This document shows positions 27,511 to 35,846 of a stretch of 64,000 bases of DNA, piece by piece; the first letter of the stretch is position 1; every line of letters starts with the position of its first letter. The notes under the pieces were generated by a model that ran no database searches, had not been told where the DNA came from, and saw nothing but the letters and a program-made list of their open reading frames with translations. The DNA is from an uncultured Acidimicrobiaceae bacterium (GTDB lineage: Bacteria > Actinomycetota > Acidimicrobiia > Acidimicrobiales > RAAP-2): positions 184,450 to 248,449 of the forward strand of contig CAWBFN010000003.1 of assembly GCA_963788125.1 (NCBI GenBank). Direction: 5' to 3'. A program made the position numbers and the translations under genes.

Positions 27511-27636
27511 TCGGGTCGCCGACCGCGCCGGGGCCGTGCCGCGGCGGTGCGTCAACCGTCCCCGCCTGTGACGAAAGGCGGCTCTGGCGCGGCGCGGGGC
27601 GGCGGTACATTCGGCGCAGCCAACTGATCGGGCCGC

Positions 27637-29064
27637 ATGCTCTTCCCCACTTTCGACTTCGCCATCTTCTTCGCCATCGCCTTCATGGTGAATTGGCTGC
27701 TCAATCCCTATCCGGTGCCGTGGAAGCTCTCGATGATCGCCCTCAGCTACTTCTTCTACGGCTGGGTGGGCTGGAGCTACTGCCTGCTGCTGGCGTCGAC
27801 CACCGCCGTCGCGTTCATCGGGGGTGCCGCGGTCTCCTCGGCGGAGAGCGAGCGCCGTCGGCGGGTGACCATGGGCCTGTCCTGCGCCGCCCTGCTGGCT
27901 CTGCTCGGCTGGTTCAAGTACTACGGCTTCGTCTCGGTCAACTTCGACAATCTCACCCATGTCCTGGGGCTCGGGCGAGCGGTGCCCCTCTTGCAGGTGG
28001 CGCTGCCGATCGCCATCTCCTTCTACACGTTCATGGCGCTGAGCTACGTGATCGACATCTACCGCCGCCAGCTGGAGCCGGCCCGCCCGCTCGACCTCGC
28101 TCTCTACCTGTCGTTCTTCCCCCACCTGCTGGCCGGGCCGATCGTGCGCGGGAACGAGCTGCTGCCGCAGCTGCGCCGCCGGCGCGATCCCTCCGCCGTC
28201 GACTACTCGCGCGGCCTGTGGCTGATCCTGGCCGGTCTGTTCAAGAAGGTGGTCATCTCCTCCTACGTCTCGACGGCCATCGTGCAACCGGTGTTCACGG
28301 CGCCGGCGCAACACTCGGCCCCCGAGGCCATCTTCGCCGCGTGGGGCTACGCCGTGCAGATCTACTGCGACTTCAGCGGGTACACCGACATCGCCATCGG
28401 GCTCGCCCTGCTCCTCGGGATCCGGTTCCCGGACAACTTCAACGCGCCCTACACGGCGCGCAACCTGCAGGAGTTCTGGCGACGCTGGCACATGACCCTC
28501 TCCCGCTGGCTGCGCGACTATCTCTACATACCGCTGGGTGGTAACAGCGGATCGGAGGCACAGACGGTCCGCAACATCATGATCACCATGGTGCTGGGGG
28601 GCCTGTGGCACGGGGCGGCGTGGACCTTCGTGTTCTGGGGGGCGCTACACGGTGTCGGGCAGTCCGTGGCGCACGTGCGCCGCCTGTCCCGGGTGCGGCG
28701 AGGGCTGCCCGCCGTGCTCGACGGTCCGGTGCGGATCTGGGTGCAGCGGTTCCTGACCTTCCAGTTCGTCTGTCTGGGGTGGGTGTTCTTCAATGCCAGC
28801 GGCCTCTCCAACGCCTTCGCCGTGCTGGGGCGTCTCTTCACGGGATGGGGAGAGCCCTCGCCGCTGGTCACTCCGCTGCTGGTGCTGGTCGTGGTCGGGA
28901 CGATCGTCTCCCAGCTGGTGCCCCAGACAAGGGTGGAGCGCCTGCAGGCCCTCTTCTCCCGGCAGCGCTCCACCGTGCAGGTCGGCCTGCTCTCCGTGGC
29001 CCTGCTCGGCGTCACCACCTTCGGGCCCGTCGGCGTGGCCCCCTTCATCTACTACCGCTTCTGA
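27637..29064 (+). CDS. MBOAT-family membrane O-acyltransferase (AlgI/DltB-like)
   Basis: FWRRWHMTLSRWLRDYLYIPLGGN with the catalytic His. Polytopic. Confidence 0.85.
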   Translation: MLFPTFDFAIFFAIAFMVNWLLNPYPVPWKLSMIALSYFFYGWVGWSYCLLLASTTAVAFIGGAAVSSAESERRRRVTMGLSCAALLALLGWFKYYGFVSVNFDNLTHVLGLGRAVPLLQVALPIAISFYTFMALSYVIDIYRRQLEPARPLDLALYLSFFPHLLAGPIVRGNELLPQLRRRRDPSAVDYSRGLWLILAGLFKKVVISSYVSTAIVQPVFTAPAQHSAPEAIFAAWGYAVQIYCDFSGYTDIAIGLALLLGIRFPDNFNAPYTARNLQEFWRRWHMTLSRWLRDYLYIPLGGNSGSEAQTVRNIMITMVLGGLWHGAAWTFVFWGALHGVGQSVAHVRRLSRVRRGLPAVLDGPVRIWVQRFLTFQFVCLGWVFFNASGLSNAFAVLGRLFTGWGEPSPLVTPLLVLVVVGTIVSQLVPQTRVERLQALFSRQRSTVQVGLLSVALLGVTTFGPVGVAPFIYYRF

Positions 29065-30125
29065 TGGTGGACGAGAACGCGCCGCCGGCACCGTCCACCA
29101 GCGAGGTCACCGACGTGGCCCGGCGCACGGCCCCCTGGACGCGGGTGCTGGGGATCTCGGTGGCGGCCTTCCTCGTGTGGCTCCTCCTCTTCGCCCCCAC
29201 CCTGCAGCACAACGCACAGGTCTCGCCGGTGGGCGCCCGCCGCACGGTGGCAATGGACATACTCGGACCGATCGCCGCCACCAGCCGGGCGTTGCAGCTC
29301 TCCCGCATCGTCTCGCTGACCGACGAGGCCACCGGGCGCACCGGTAATCAACCGGGGAACGGGACGGCGCTCACCGTGATCGGCCCCCGCGGCCACCACG
29401 GTCGCGTGACGCCGAAACCCCCCTCCACGGTCGGGCAGGGGTCGGCGCCCCCGACGACCCTCCCCGCCATCACCCACCCGACCGCCGCCGATCCGTTGCG
29501 GGTCCTCATCGTGGGGGACTCGCTGGGCATCGACATGGGCGGCCCGCTGCAGAACGACCTGGCCAACACCGGGGTGGTCCAGGCCACGCTGGATGCCCGG
29601 GAGAGCACGGGGCTCACCCGGCCCGACTACTTCAACTGGCCGGCGGAGCTGCAGGCCGATCTGGTCAAGGCGCGACCCCAGGTGGTGGTGATCATGATGG
29701 GGGCCAACGATGCCCAGGACTTCCTCGGCCCCCCCGATGTCCCCTTCAGCTCACCGCAGTGGAACGTCCTCTATGCGCAGCGGGTGTCGGCCTTCATGAG
29801 CCTGGCGCAGAGCGACGGAGCCACCGTCATCTGGGTCGGGATGCCACCCATGCAGAACCCGCAACTGTCGGCCGAGATGTCCGACGTCAACGCCGTCGGG
29901 CAACAGCAGGCGGCGCTGCGCAAGCCCCCGGTCGACTTCATCAGCAGCTGGACGCTGCTCGGCACCCCCCAGGGCAAGTACACCGCCTTCATCACCAACG
30001 CCTCTGGCTCGGTGCTCAACGTGCGCACGCCCGACGGCATCCACCTGACCCCCGCCGGGGGGGAGGTCCTCTCCCAGGCCGTGTTGAGCTATCTGCGCGG
30101 GCCGCTCCACTTCGAGCTGCCGTGA
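29064..30125 (+). CDS. Membrane-anchored SGNH/GDSL hydrolase, partner of the MBOAT protein
   Basis: Blocks LIVGDSLG, MMGANDAQD and PDGIHLT. Start overlaps the MBOAT stop (TGATG). Confidence 0.75.
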   Translation: MVDENAPPAPSTSEVTDVARRTAPWTRVLGISVAAFLVWLLLFAPTLQHNAQVSPVGARRTVAMDILGPIAATSRALQLSRIVSLTDEATGRTGNQPGNGTALTVIGPRGHHGRVTPKPPSTVGQGSAPPTTLPAITHPTAADPLRVLIVGDSLGIDMGGPLQNDLANTGVVQATLDARESTGLTRPDYFNWPAELQADLVKARPQVVVIMMGANDAQDFLGPPDVPFSSPQWNVLYAQRVSAFMSLAQSDGATVIWVGMPPMQNPQLSAEMSDVNAVGQQQAALRKPPVDFISSWTLLGTPQGKYTAFITNASGSVLNVRTPDGIHLTPAGGEVLSQAVLSYLRGPLHFELP

Positions 30126-30140
30126 GCGTCGGGCGCCGCG

Positions 30141-30851
30141 CTAGACGAGGGGCCACGGATAGGGGGGCCACCCCCCGTCGTCGACCAGCTCGGGCAGCGC
30201 CCCGAGGCGGAGGAGCGACGCCGCTCGGGCACTGAGCGCGGCCACCTCGCGCGCCGTGAGGAGCTCGCACAGCCGGGCCGACGGGCCGTCCCGCACGAAG
30301 CGCTCCAGCGCCGCCCTGTCCCCGGGCGGCAGTGGCGCCCCACCGAAGTCCCAGATCACCGTGCGCAGCTTGTCCTGCTCGTTGAAGCACAGCCCATTGT
30401 CGATCGCCCAGAGGCGGTCCTCGGCCAGTAGCACGTGCCCGCTCTTGCGGTCGGCGTTGTTGGCCAGGACATCGAAGGCGCACATCTGCATCAGGGTCGG
30501 GTGCCATCGTGGCTCGTCGCGCAAGGTGAAGTAGTGCGAGGACCCGTCCTCGTGGACGTAGCGCTGCACCGATCCCTCCCCGAACGGCCCGTCGGCCCGC
30601 TCGACCGTCTCGGGCACCAGCCCCCAGCCGAGGGACTCGGACAGGACGTAGGCGGCCACCTCGCGGCGGAAGAGCCCGCCGGGGAAGTCCCACAGCGGGC
30701 GTTCGCCGCGGGACGGCTTGTAGACGGCGAGCAGCTCCTGGTCGCCCAGCCGGCAGGAGACGAGCAGCGTGGCGTTGGAGCTGCCGGCGATCCTGCCGTG
30801 TACCTCCATGGCACCGTCGGTGAGGACACGCGCGACGCTTGGCCCTGCCAC
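30141..30851 (-). CDS. SCO1664-family protein (PI3/4-kinase-like fold)
   Basis: Kinase-like motifs NADRKSGHVLL and LWAIDNGLCF. Confidence 0.65.
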   Translation of the reverse strand: MAGPSVARVLTDGAMEVHGRIAGSSNATLLVSCRLGDQELLAVYKPSRGERPLWDFPGGLFRREVAAYVLSESLGWGLVPETVERADGPFGEGSVQRYVHEDGSSHYFTLRDEPRWHPTLMQMCAFDVLANNADRKSGHVLLAEDRLWAIDNGLCFNEQDKLRTVIWDFGGAPLPPGDRAALERFVRDGPSARLCELLTAREVAALSARAASLLRLGALPELVDDGGWPPYPWPLV

Positions 30852-30857
30852 CGTGGC

Positions 30858-31364
30858 TCAGGCCACCGGTGGGCGGTGGCCGTTCGTGCGCGGGCAGTCG
30901 TGACCGGAGGGGTCCAGGGGGAACCCGCACAGCGGACACGGGGGGCGCCCCGCCTCGACCAGGCGAGTGGCGTGAATGGCGAAGGCGGCAGCCTGCTCGC
31001 GCGTCAGGGCGATGCGCAGCACGTGGCCGCGCTCCTCCTCGTCCTCCTCGTCGTGGAGCTCTTCGAGCACCACGACGACCCGGTCCAGCTCCTCGTCGTA
31101 GGAGACCCCGATGGTTCCCACCACCCACTCGGGCTCCTCGGAGCCGTCGAAGCTCAGGTCCTCGGGCAGGTGGTCGGGGCGTCCCAGCTCCTTGACGATG
31201 CGGCCCAGGTAGCTGGCCAGCACGGCGACCTGTTGCTTCTCGACCTTCACCGTAGTCTCGGCGACACCCTGGCGACAGTAGAAGAGAAAGAGGCGATGTC
31301 CCACCTCGCCGATGACCCCGACGGTGCAGTGGTCGGGTGCGCCGTAGTCGGCCTCGTCGGTCAC
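30858..31364 (-). CDS. DUF3090-family protein
   Basis: C-terminal CPLCGFPLDPSGHDCPRTNGH. GTG at 31364 overlaps the upstream stop (GTGA). The longer ORF to 31454 is rejected. Confidence 0.65.
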   Translation of the reverse strand: MTDEADYGAPDHCTVGVIGEVGHRLFLFYCRQGVAETTVKVEKQQVAVLASYLGRIVKELGRPDHLPEDLSFDGSEEPEWVVGTIGVSYDEELDRVVVVLEELHDEEDEEERGHVLRIALTREQAAAFAIHATRLVEAGRPPCPLCGFPLDPSGHDCPRTNGHRPPVA

Positions 31365-32026
31365 GACCGGACCAGCTCCCCGAGGGAGGCGGTCGAGTTC
31401 ACGCACAGGATGGCCGGGCCCCCACCGGTGAACAGAAGCGCGGAGACGGAGCACGGCGAGACCACGAGCCGTTGCATCAGGTCGAGGGGAACGCCCGCCG
31501 CCGCGGCGACGACGGCCTTGATGGGATCGGCGTGCGACACGGCGACAATGGTCTCACCCGGGTGGTCGTCCACGAGTCCCAGCACGGCCGTGAGGCTGCG
31601 GGTGGACATTTCGGCGAAGGACTCGCCGCCGGGGAACCGGAACCCGCTGGGCCAGCGCTGGACGGTGGACCACTCCTTCCTCTTGGACAGCCGGGCCAAC
31701 GACTTCTCGGTCCAGTCGCCCACGTCGGCCTCGAGCAGCCCCCGTTCGATGCGGACCCGGAGCCCGAGCGCCGCCGCAATGGGCGCGGCGGTCTCGCGTG
31801 TCCGATCCAGCGGCGAGGAGTAGACGGCCGATGGCGGCGTCGCCATGGCGGCGATGCGTTCCGCAACCACGCCGGCCTGGGAACGCCCCTTGGGTGCCAG
31901 ATGCAGCCCGGCGGCCCGGCCGGGCAGCATCTTGCCGGTGGTGGGGGTCGTCCCGTGCCGTACCAGCAGGACCAGGGTGGGTGCAGGAGCTTTGCCGGAG
32001 GGCGATGGTCGGGCGGAGAGCGGCAC
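31361..32026 (-). CDS. Histidine-phosphatase superfamily protein (MSMEG_4193-type putative phosphomutase)
   Basis: LVLLVRHGTT catalytic RHG motif and VSHADPIKA. GTG at 32026 chosen because the maximal ORF reaches into the divergent UDG gene. Confidence 0.65.
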   Translation of the reverse strand: MPLSARPSPSGKAPAPTLVLLVRHGTTPTTGKMLPGRAAGLHLAPKGRSQAGVVAERIAAMATPPSAVYSSPLDRTRETAAPIAAALGLRVRIERGLLEADVGDWTEKSLARLSKRKEWSTVQRWPSGFRFPGGESFAEMSTRSLTAVLGLVDDHPGETIVAVSHADPIKAVVAAAAGVPLDLMQRLVVSPCSVSALLFTGGGPAILCVNSTASLGELVRS

Positions 32027-32039
32027 GAGTGCCCATCGT

Positions 32040-32750
32040 ATGCTCTGCTCGGTGGCACCGAACCGGGCCAGGGTGGAGCTCCTCGACGCGGTCCGCCGAG
32101 AGGTGGTGTCCTGCCGGCTCTGCCCGCGACTGGTGCACTGGCGCGAGCAGGTCGCCGCCACGCCGCGGGCGTCGTTCGCCGGCCAACCCTACTGGGGACG
32201 CCCCGTGCCGGGGTTCGGCGATGCCGGCGCCGTTCTGGCGATCGTCGGCCTGGCCCCGGCGGCCCACGGGGCGAACCGGACGGGGCGGATGTTCACCGGC
32301 GACCGATCCGGGGACTGGCTCTTCTCGGCGTTGTACCGGGCCGGGTACGCCTCCCAACCGACCAGCACGGCGAGAGACGACGGCCTGATCCTGCGCGGCG
32401 TCTACGTGACGGCGGCGGTGCACTGTGCGCCGCCGGCCAACCGACCCGAGCCGGGTGAACGAGCGGCCTGCGCACCCTACCTGGCCCGCGAACTCGAGCT
32501 CCTCGACGACGTGAAGGTCGTGGTGGCCTTGGGCCAGTTCGCCTGTCAGAGCGTGGCCCAGCTGTACGGCCTGCGCCCCCGCCCGCACTTCGGCCACCTG
32601 GCCGAGCACCCGCTCCCCGACGGGCGAACCCTCCTCTGCTCGTACCATCCCAGCCAGCAGAACACCTTCACCGGGGTCCTCACCCGACCCATGTTCGACG
32701 CGGTGTTCCGGCGCGCCGGCCAGATCGCGGCGCAGCGCTCCCCGTCGTGA
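32040..32750 (+). CDS. Uracil-DNA glycosylase, family 5 (UdgB-like) with Fe-S cysteines
   Basis: VGLAPAAHGANRTGRMFTGD, CRLCPRL and SYHPSQQN. Confidence 0.75.
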   Translation: MLCSVAPNRARVELLDAVRREVVSCRLCPRLVHWREQVAATPRASFAGQPYWGRPVPGFGDAGAVLAIVGLAPAAHGANRTGRMFTGDRSGDWLFSALYRAGYASQPTSTARDDGLILRGVYVTAAVHCAPPANRPEPGERAACAPYLARELELLDDVKVVVALGQFACQSVAQLYGLRPRPHFGHLAEHPLPDGRTLLCSYHPSQQNTFTGVLTRPMFDAVFRRAGQIAAQRSPS

Positions 32751-32796
32751 GGGTCTCGACCGGCCGCCGCGCCCGGGTGCGCGACCCCGCCCGCCT

Positions 32797-33189
32797 CTAG
32801 GCGGGTCGGGGACGGCGGGTCCCCCGGGCGCGCACCCAGGCCAGCAGGTCCCCCTTGTCCCCCCGGCGAACCGTCCCGGTGAAGACATCCTCGCGGCCGG
32901 TGGACACCTCCCGGGCGATCTCGGCCCGCAGCACATCCCCGATGGCGGCCGGCTGGAGGTAGTCGACCAGCACGGAGGAGACGATCCCCGAATGCTCCCC
33001 GTCGTTGGCCGCGGCGGCCACCGCGGCGCCGGCCACGGCGTAGAAGACGGCGCCGTGCACGGTGCCGTGAGGGTTGGCGTGATGGGCGTCCGTGGTCATG
33101 GTGGCCAGCGTGTGGCCCGGACCGAGGCGCTCGATCCCGATCCCCAGCAGTGCGGCGAACTCGTCGTTCTTGGGCGACGCCTCCGTCAT
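32797..33189 (-). CDS. PaaI-type hotdog-fold thioesterase
   Basis: NPHGTVHGAVFYAVAGAAVAAAAN. ATGA overlap with the upstream FrhB-like gene. Confidence 0.65.
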   Translation of the reverse strand: MTEASPKNDEFAALLGIGIERLGPGHTLATMTTDAHHANPHGTVHGAVFYAVAGAAVAAAANDGEHSGIVSSVLVDYLQPAAIGDVLRAEIAREVSTGREDVFTGTVRRGDKGDLLAWVRARGTRRPRPA

Positions 33190-34313
33190 GCGGTAGGCGC
33201 GGGCAGCCGCCCCGGCATGGGTACGGCGGTCGACGGCCACCGCTTGCGGCTCACCCGGCTCAAGCGGTTGAGCAGGGTGACAGCGCCCGGGTCATCCTCT
33301 ATGGGCCGGGTCTCGATGACCCCCGCCGCCTCCATCTCGTCGAACAGTGCCTCGCCGCGTTCGGTCCTGAGGAGGGTCAGCGTCCAATCGCCGAAGGCCC
33401 CGATACCACCCGTGGAGATGTCGGCGTGCTCGGCAGCGAAGTCGGGGCAGCTCGTACACCCCTCCCGGGTCCAGGCGTGGGCCTCCTTGAGCGGGATCTC
33501 ATGGTAGGCGCCGTCACGCATCCAGACCTGGAAGACCCCCTTGATGTTCATCTTGACGATGTCGGCCCGGGCCAGGCCGTACTTGGCCTCGAAGAGCTCG
33601 GGGAAGATGGCGTCGTCGAAGGTCTTGGAGCACAGGAGCCCGATGGACAGGGTGAAGCGGCGGGCGATCTTGCCCGCCTTGCGCGCCGCCATGACGGGCG
33701 GAGCCGATGCCTGGCAGCCCATGCCGACCAACGCGATGCGCTCTGCGCCGCCGGCGATGGCCTCGGCGTAGGCCAAGGGGTTGGCCGAGTAGGTGTAGCG
33801 GGACCCCGAGGTGGCCAGCACGTCCTCCTTCGACCAGGCCACCACCGGAACGGCCTTCCAGGTCGACCCGTCGCCCTCGAGGCCCGACACCAGCGCGGCG
33901 TCGATCACGTCGTGCTCGAACGCCCAGATCAAGAGGGCCGACACCAATCCGCCGTCCTGGCCGCAAGCCAGTATCTCCGGATCGGTCGCCCGCGCCAGCA
34001 CCGTCCGCCGGGCGATCCCGGCCACCTCGTCGTCGGTGCGCGGCCGACCGAACAGATGGGTCTCGATGTCGGGCTCCCAGGTGCGGAAGCGCGGGCAGGC
34101 GCGGGTGCACAGGGTGCACCCCTTCTCGCCGTGGGTGCAGTTGTCCGGGCCCCCCTCGGCCAGGACGTGGAAGGGTTTGTAGTGGCCGTCGGCATCGTCG
34201 TACTCGAGCACGTCGTAGGGGCAGGCGATGACGCAGGCCGAGCAGCCGGTGCACAGACCAGAGGTCACGACTTCGGTGAAGAGCTCGGCCCATTGGGGCT
34301 TCTCGGGTGGCAT
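33186..34313 (-). CDS. FrhB-family (coenzyme F420 hydrogenase/dehydrogenase beta-like) Fe-S flavoprotein
   Basis: N-terminal 2x[4Fe-4S] ferredoxin motifs CTGCSACVIACP and CTLCTRACP, then the FrhB-like body (GGLVSALL, GMGCQ). The upstream part of ORF 33186..35129 is antisense to fpg. Confidence 0.65.
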   Translation of the reverse strand: MPPEKPQWAELFTEVVTSGLCTGCSACVIACPYDVLEYDDADGHYKPFHVLAEGGPDNCTHGEKGCTLCTRACPRFRTWEPDIETHLFGRPRTDDEVAGIARRTVLARATDPEILACGQDGGLVSALLIWAFEHDVIDAALVSGLEGDGSTWKAVPVVAWSKEDVLATSGSRYTYSANPLAYAEAIAGGAERIALVGMGCQASAPPVMAARKAGKIARRFTLSIGLLCSKTFDDAIFPELFEAKYGLARADIVKMNIKGVFQVWMRDGAYHEIPLKEAHAWTREGCTSCPDFAAEHADISTGGIGAFGDWTLTLLRTERGEALFDEMEAAGVIETRPIEDDPGAVTLLNRLSRVSRKRWPSTAVPMPGRLPAPTA

Positions 34314-34361
34314 CGTCCCACCATATTCGGCCGAGGCACCATGGTCCGTTACGGTCGGGCC

Positions 34362-35138
34362 ATGCCCGAGATCCTCGAGGTCGAGCTCTACCGCGGCCTG
34401 GCCGAACGGGCGCTCGGACGCCCGATCGACCACGTCTGGATGGTCGACTCCCGCTACGGCCGTGGCGGGACGACGGCGGGCCGGCTCACCGACGCACTGG
34501 TCGGCCGTAGGCTCACGGCCGCCCGGCGCCGGGGCAAGCTCCTGCTGCTCGACTCCGACGGCGGGCCGACGGTGGGCGTTCGCTTCGGTATGACCGGAGG
34601 CCTGGTCGTCGACGGTGCCCAGGCCCTCGACCGTCTGCGCTACGGCCCGGGGTCGTTCGACGACAAGTGGGTCAGGGCGGGCATCGCCTTCGCCGACGGG
34701 GGCAGTCTGCTCCTCCACGACCCCCGCCGGTTCGGCTCCTTGGAGCTCGGGCCCGACGAGAGCCGGCTCGGTCCCGACGCACTCACCGTCACCCGGGTCG
34801 AGCTCGGCGACGCCCTGGCCGGTGCGGCGCCGCTCAAAGCCCGCCTGATGGATCAGCGGCGGCTGGCGGGCATCGGCAACCTGCTGGCCGACGAGATCCT
34901 GTGGCGGGCCGGACTGGATCCGGCGCGCCGCACACCGCTCACCGACGCGGAGCTGGGCGCCCTGCACCGGGCCGTGCGCAGCACGGTGCGCCAACTGGGG
35001 CGTCGCGGAGGGTCGCACATGGGCGACCTGATGGAGCAGCGACGCCCGGGTGGGCGTTGCCCCAAGGACGGGGCCGAGCTTCGGCGGGCCACCGTGGGTG
35101 GACGCACCACATGGTGGTGCCCCTCCCACCAGCGCTAG
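34362..35138 (+). CDS. Fpg/Nei-family DNA glycosylase/AP lyase
   Basis: N-terminal MPEILEVE, H2TH region LMDQRRLAGIGNLLADEILW and a C-terminal zinc finger CPKDGAEL...WWCP. Confidence 0.8.
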   Translation: MPEILEVELYRGLAERALGRPIDHVWMVDSRYGRGGTTAGRLTDALVGRRLTAARRRGKLLLLDSDGGPTVGVRFGMTGGLVVDGAQALDRLRYGPGSFDDKWVRAGIAFADGGSLLLHDPRRFGSLELGPDESRLGPDALTVTRVELGDALAGAAPLKARLMDQRRLAGIGNLLADEILWRAGLDPARRTPLTDAELGALHRAVRSTVRQLGRRGGSHMGDLMEQRRPGGRCPKDGAELRRATVGGRTTWWCPSHQR

Positions 35139-35148
35139 GCTGGCTGCC

Positions 35149-35616
35149 TCACCCCGCGGAGATGGTCTCGAGCACCTTGGCGGCGTGGCCGTCGGCCCGC
35201 ACGTGGTGCCAGGCCCGTTGGATCTTGCCGTTCGGACCGACCAGGAAGGTCGAGCGGATGGTGCCCACCGTCTTCTTGCCGTACATCGTCTTTTCGCCCC
35301 AGGCGCCGTACTTCTCCATCACCTTCTTGTCCGAGTCGGTCAGGAGGGGGAACTTCAGCTTGTACTTGGTACGGAACTTCGTGTGCTTCTCCGCTCCGTC
35401 GGGGGAGATCCCCAGCACCGCCACACCCGCCTTCTCGAAGGTCTTCAGGTTGTCGTTGAACTGGCAGGCCTCCTTGGTGCACCCGGGCGTGTCGTCGGCC
35501 GGGTAGAAGTAGACGATGACCTGCTGACCCTTGAAGTCCGAGAGGTTCACCGGCTTCCCGTCCTGGTCGGGCAGCGTGAACGCGGGGGCGGTGGAGCCTT
35601 CCTCCAGTGTGGCCAT
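35149..35616 (-). CDS. bcp: Thiol peroxidase Bcp (peroxiredoxin)
   Basis: VIVYFYPADDTPGCTKEACQF. Confidence 0.9.
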   Translation of the reverse strand: MATLEEGSTAPAFTLPDQDGKPVNLSDFKGQQVIVYFYPADDTPGCTKEACQFNDNLKTFEKAGVAVLGISPDGAEKHTKFRTKYKLKFPLLTDSDKKVMEKYGAWGEKTMYGKKTVGTIRSTFLVGPNGKIQRAWHHVRADGHAAKVLETISAG

Positions 35617-35742
35617 CGACCGTCTCCTTCCTGTGGGTGGGGGGAGGCCCAGCTTGGCACAGGGGATCCGCCGGGCTCCGCTCCGATCTGCCCCGTGGGC
35701 AGGGGCGGGGTGGGTCCATCCGCAGGGAGGTGCCGTCCGAGC

Positions 35743-35751
35743 TGGTACAAT
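35743..35751 (+). promoter_or_regulatory. Possible extended -10 element TGgTACAAT for the DEAD-box helicase gene
   Basis: The only AT-rich hexamer in the 230-nt upstream region. It would give a ~95-nt leader. No convincing -35. Confidence 0.3.
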
Positions 35752-35846
35752 GGTGGTGCGACCGCCGGCAAGGGGCTGGTAGGTCGGGGCCGTTCATCCT
35801 CCTCTGGTTGGCGCAGGGTCCCGCCACACAACAGAGAGAGCGAGAT

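Noticed and set aside
26332-28611. Very long antisense or out-of-frame ORFs. Examples are 26332..28611 (-, 759 aa), 10443..12317 (-), 22023..23984 (-), 37965..40577 (+), 56718..58934 (-), 31554..32936 (-) and 19649..21679 (-).
   Set aside because: Their translations are Arg/Gly/Pro/Ala-rich low-complexity sequence lying opposite or out of frame to genes with clear family motifs. In ~70% GC DNA stop codons are rare, so such shadow ORFs are expected.
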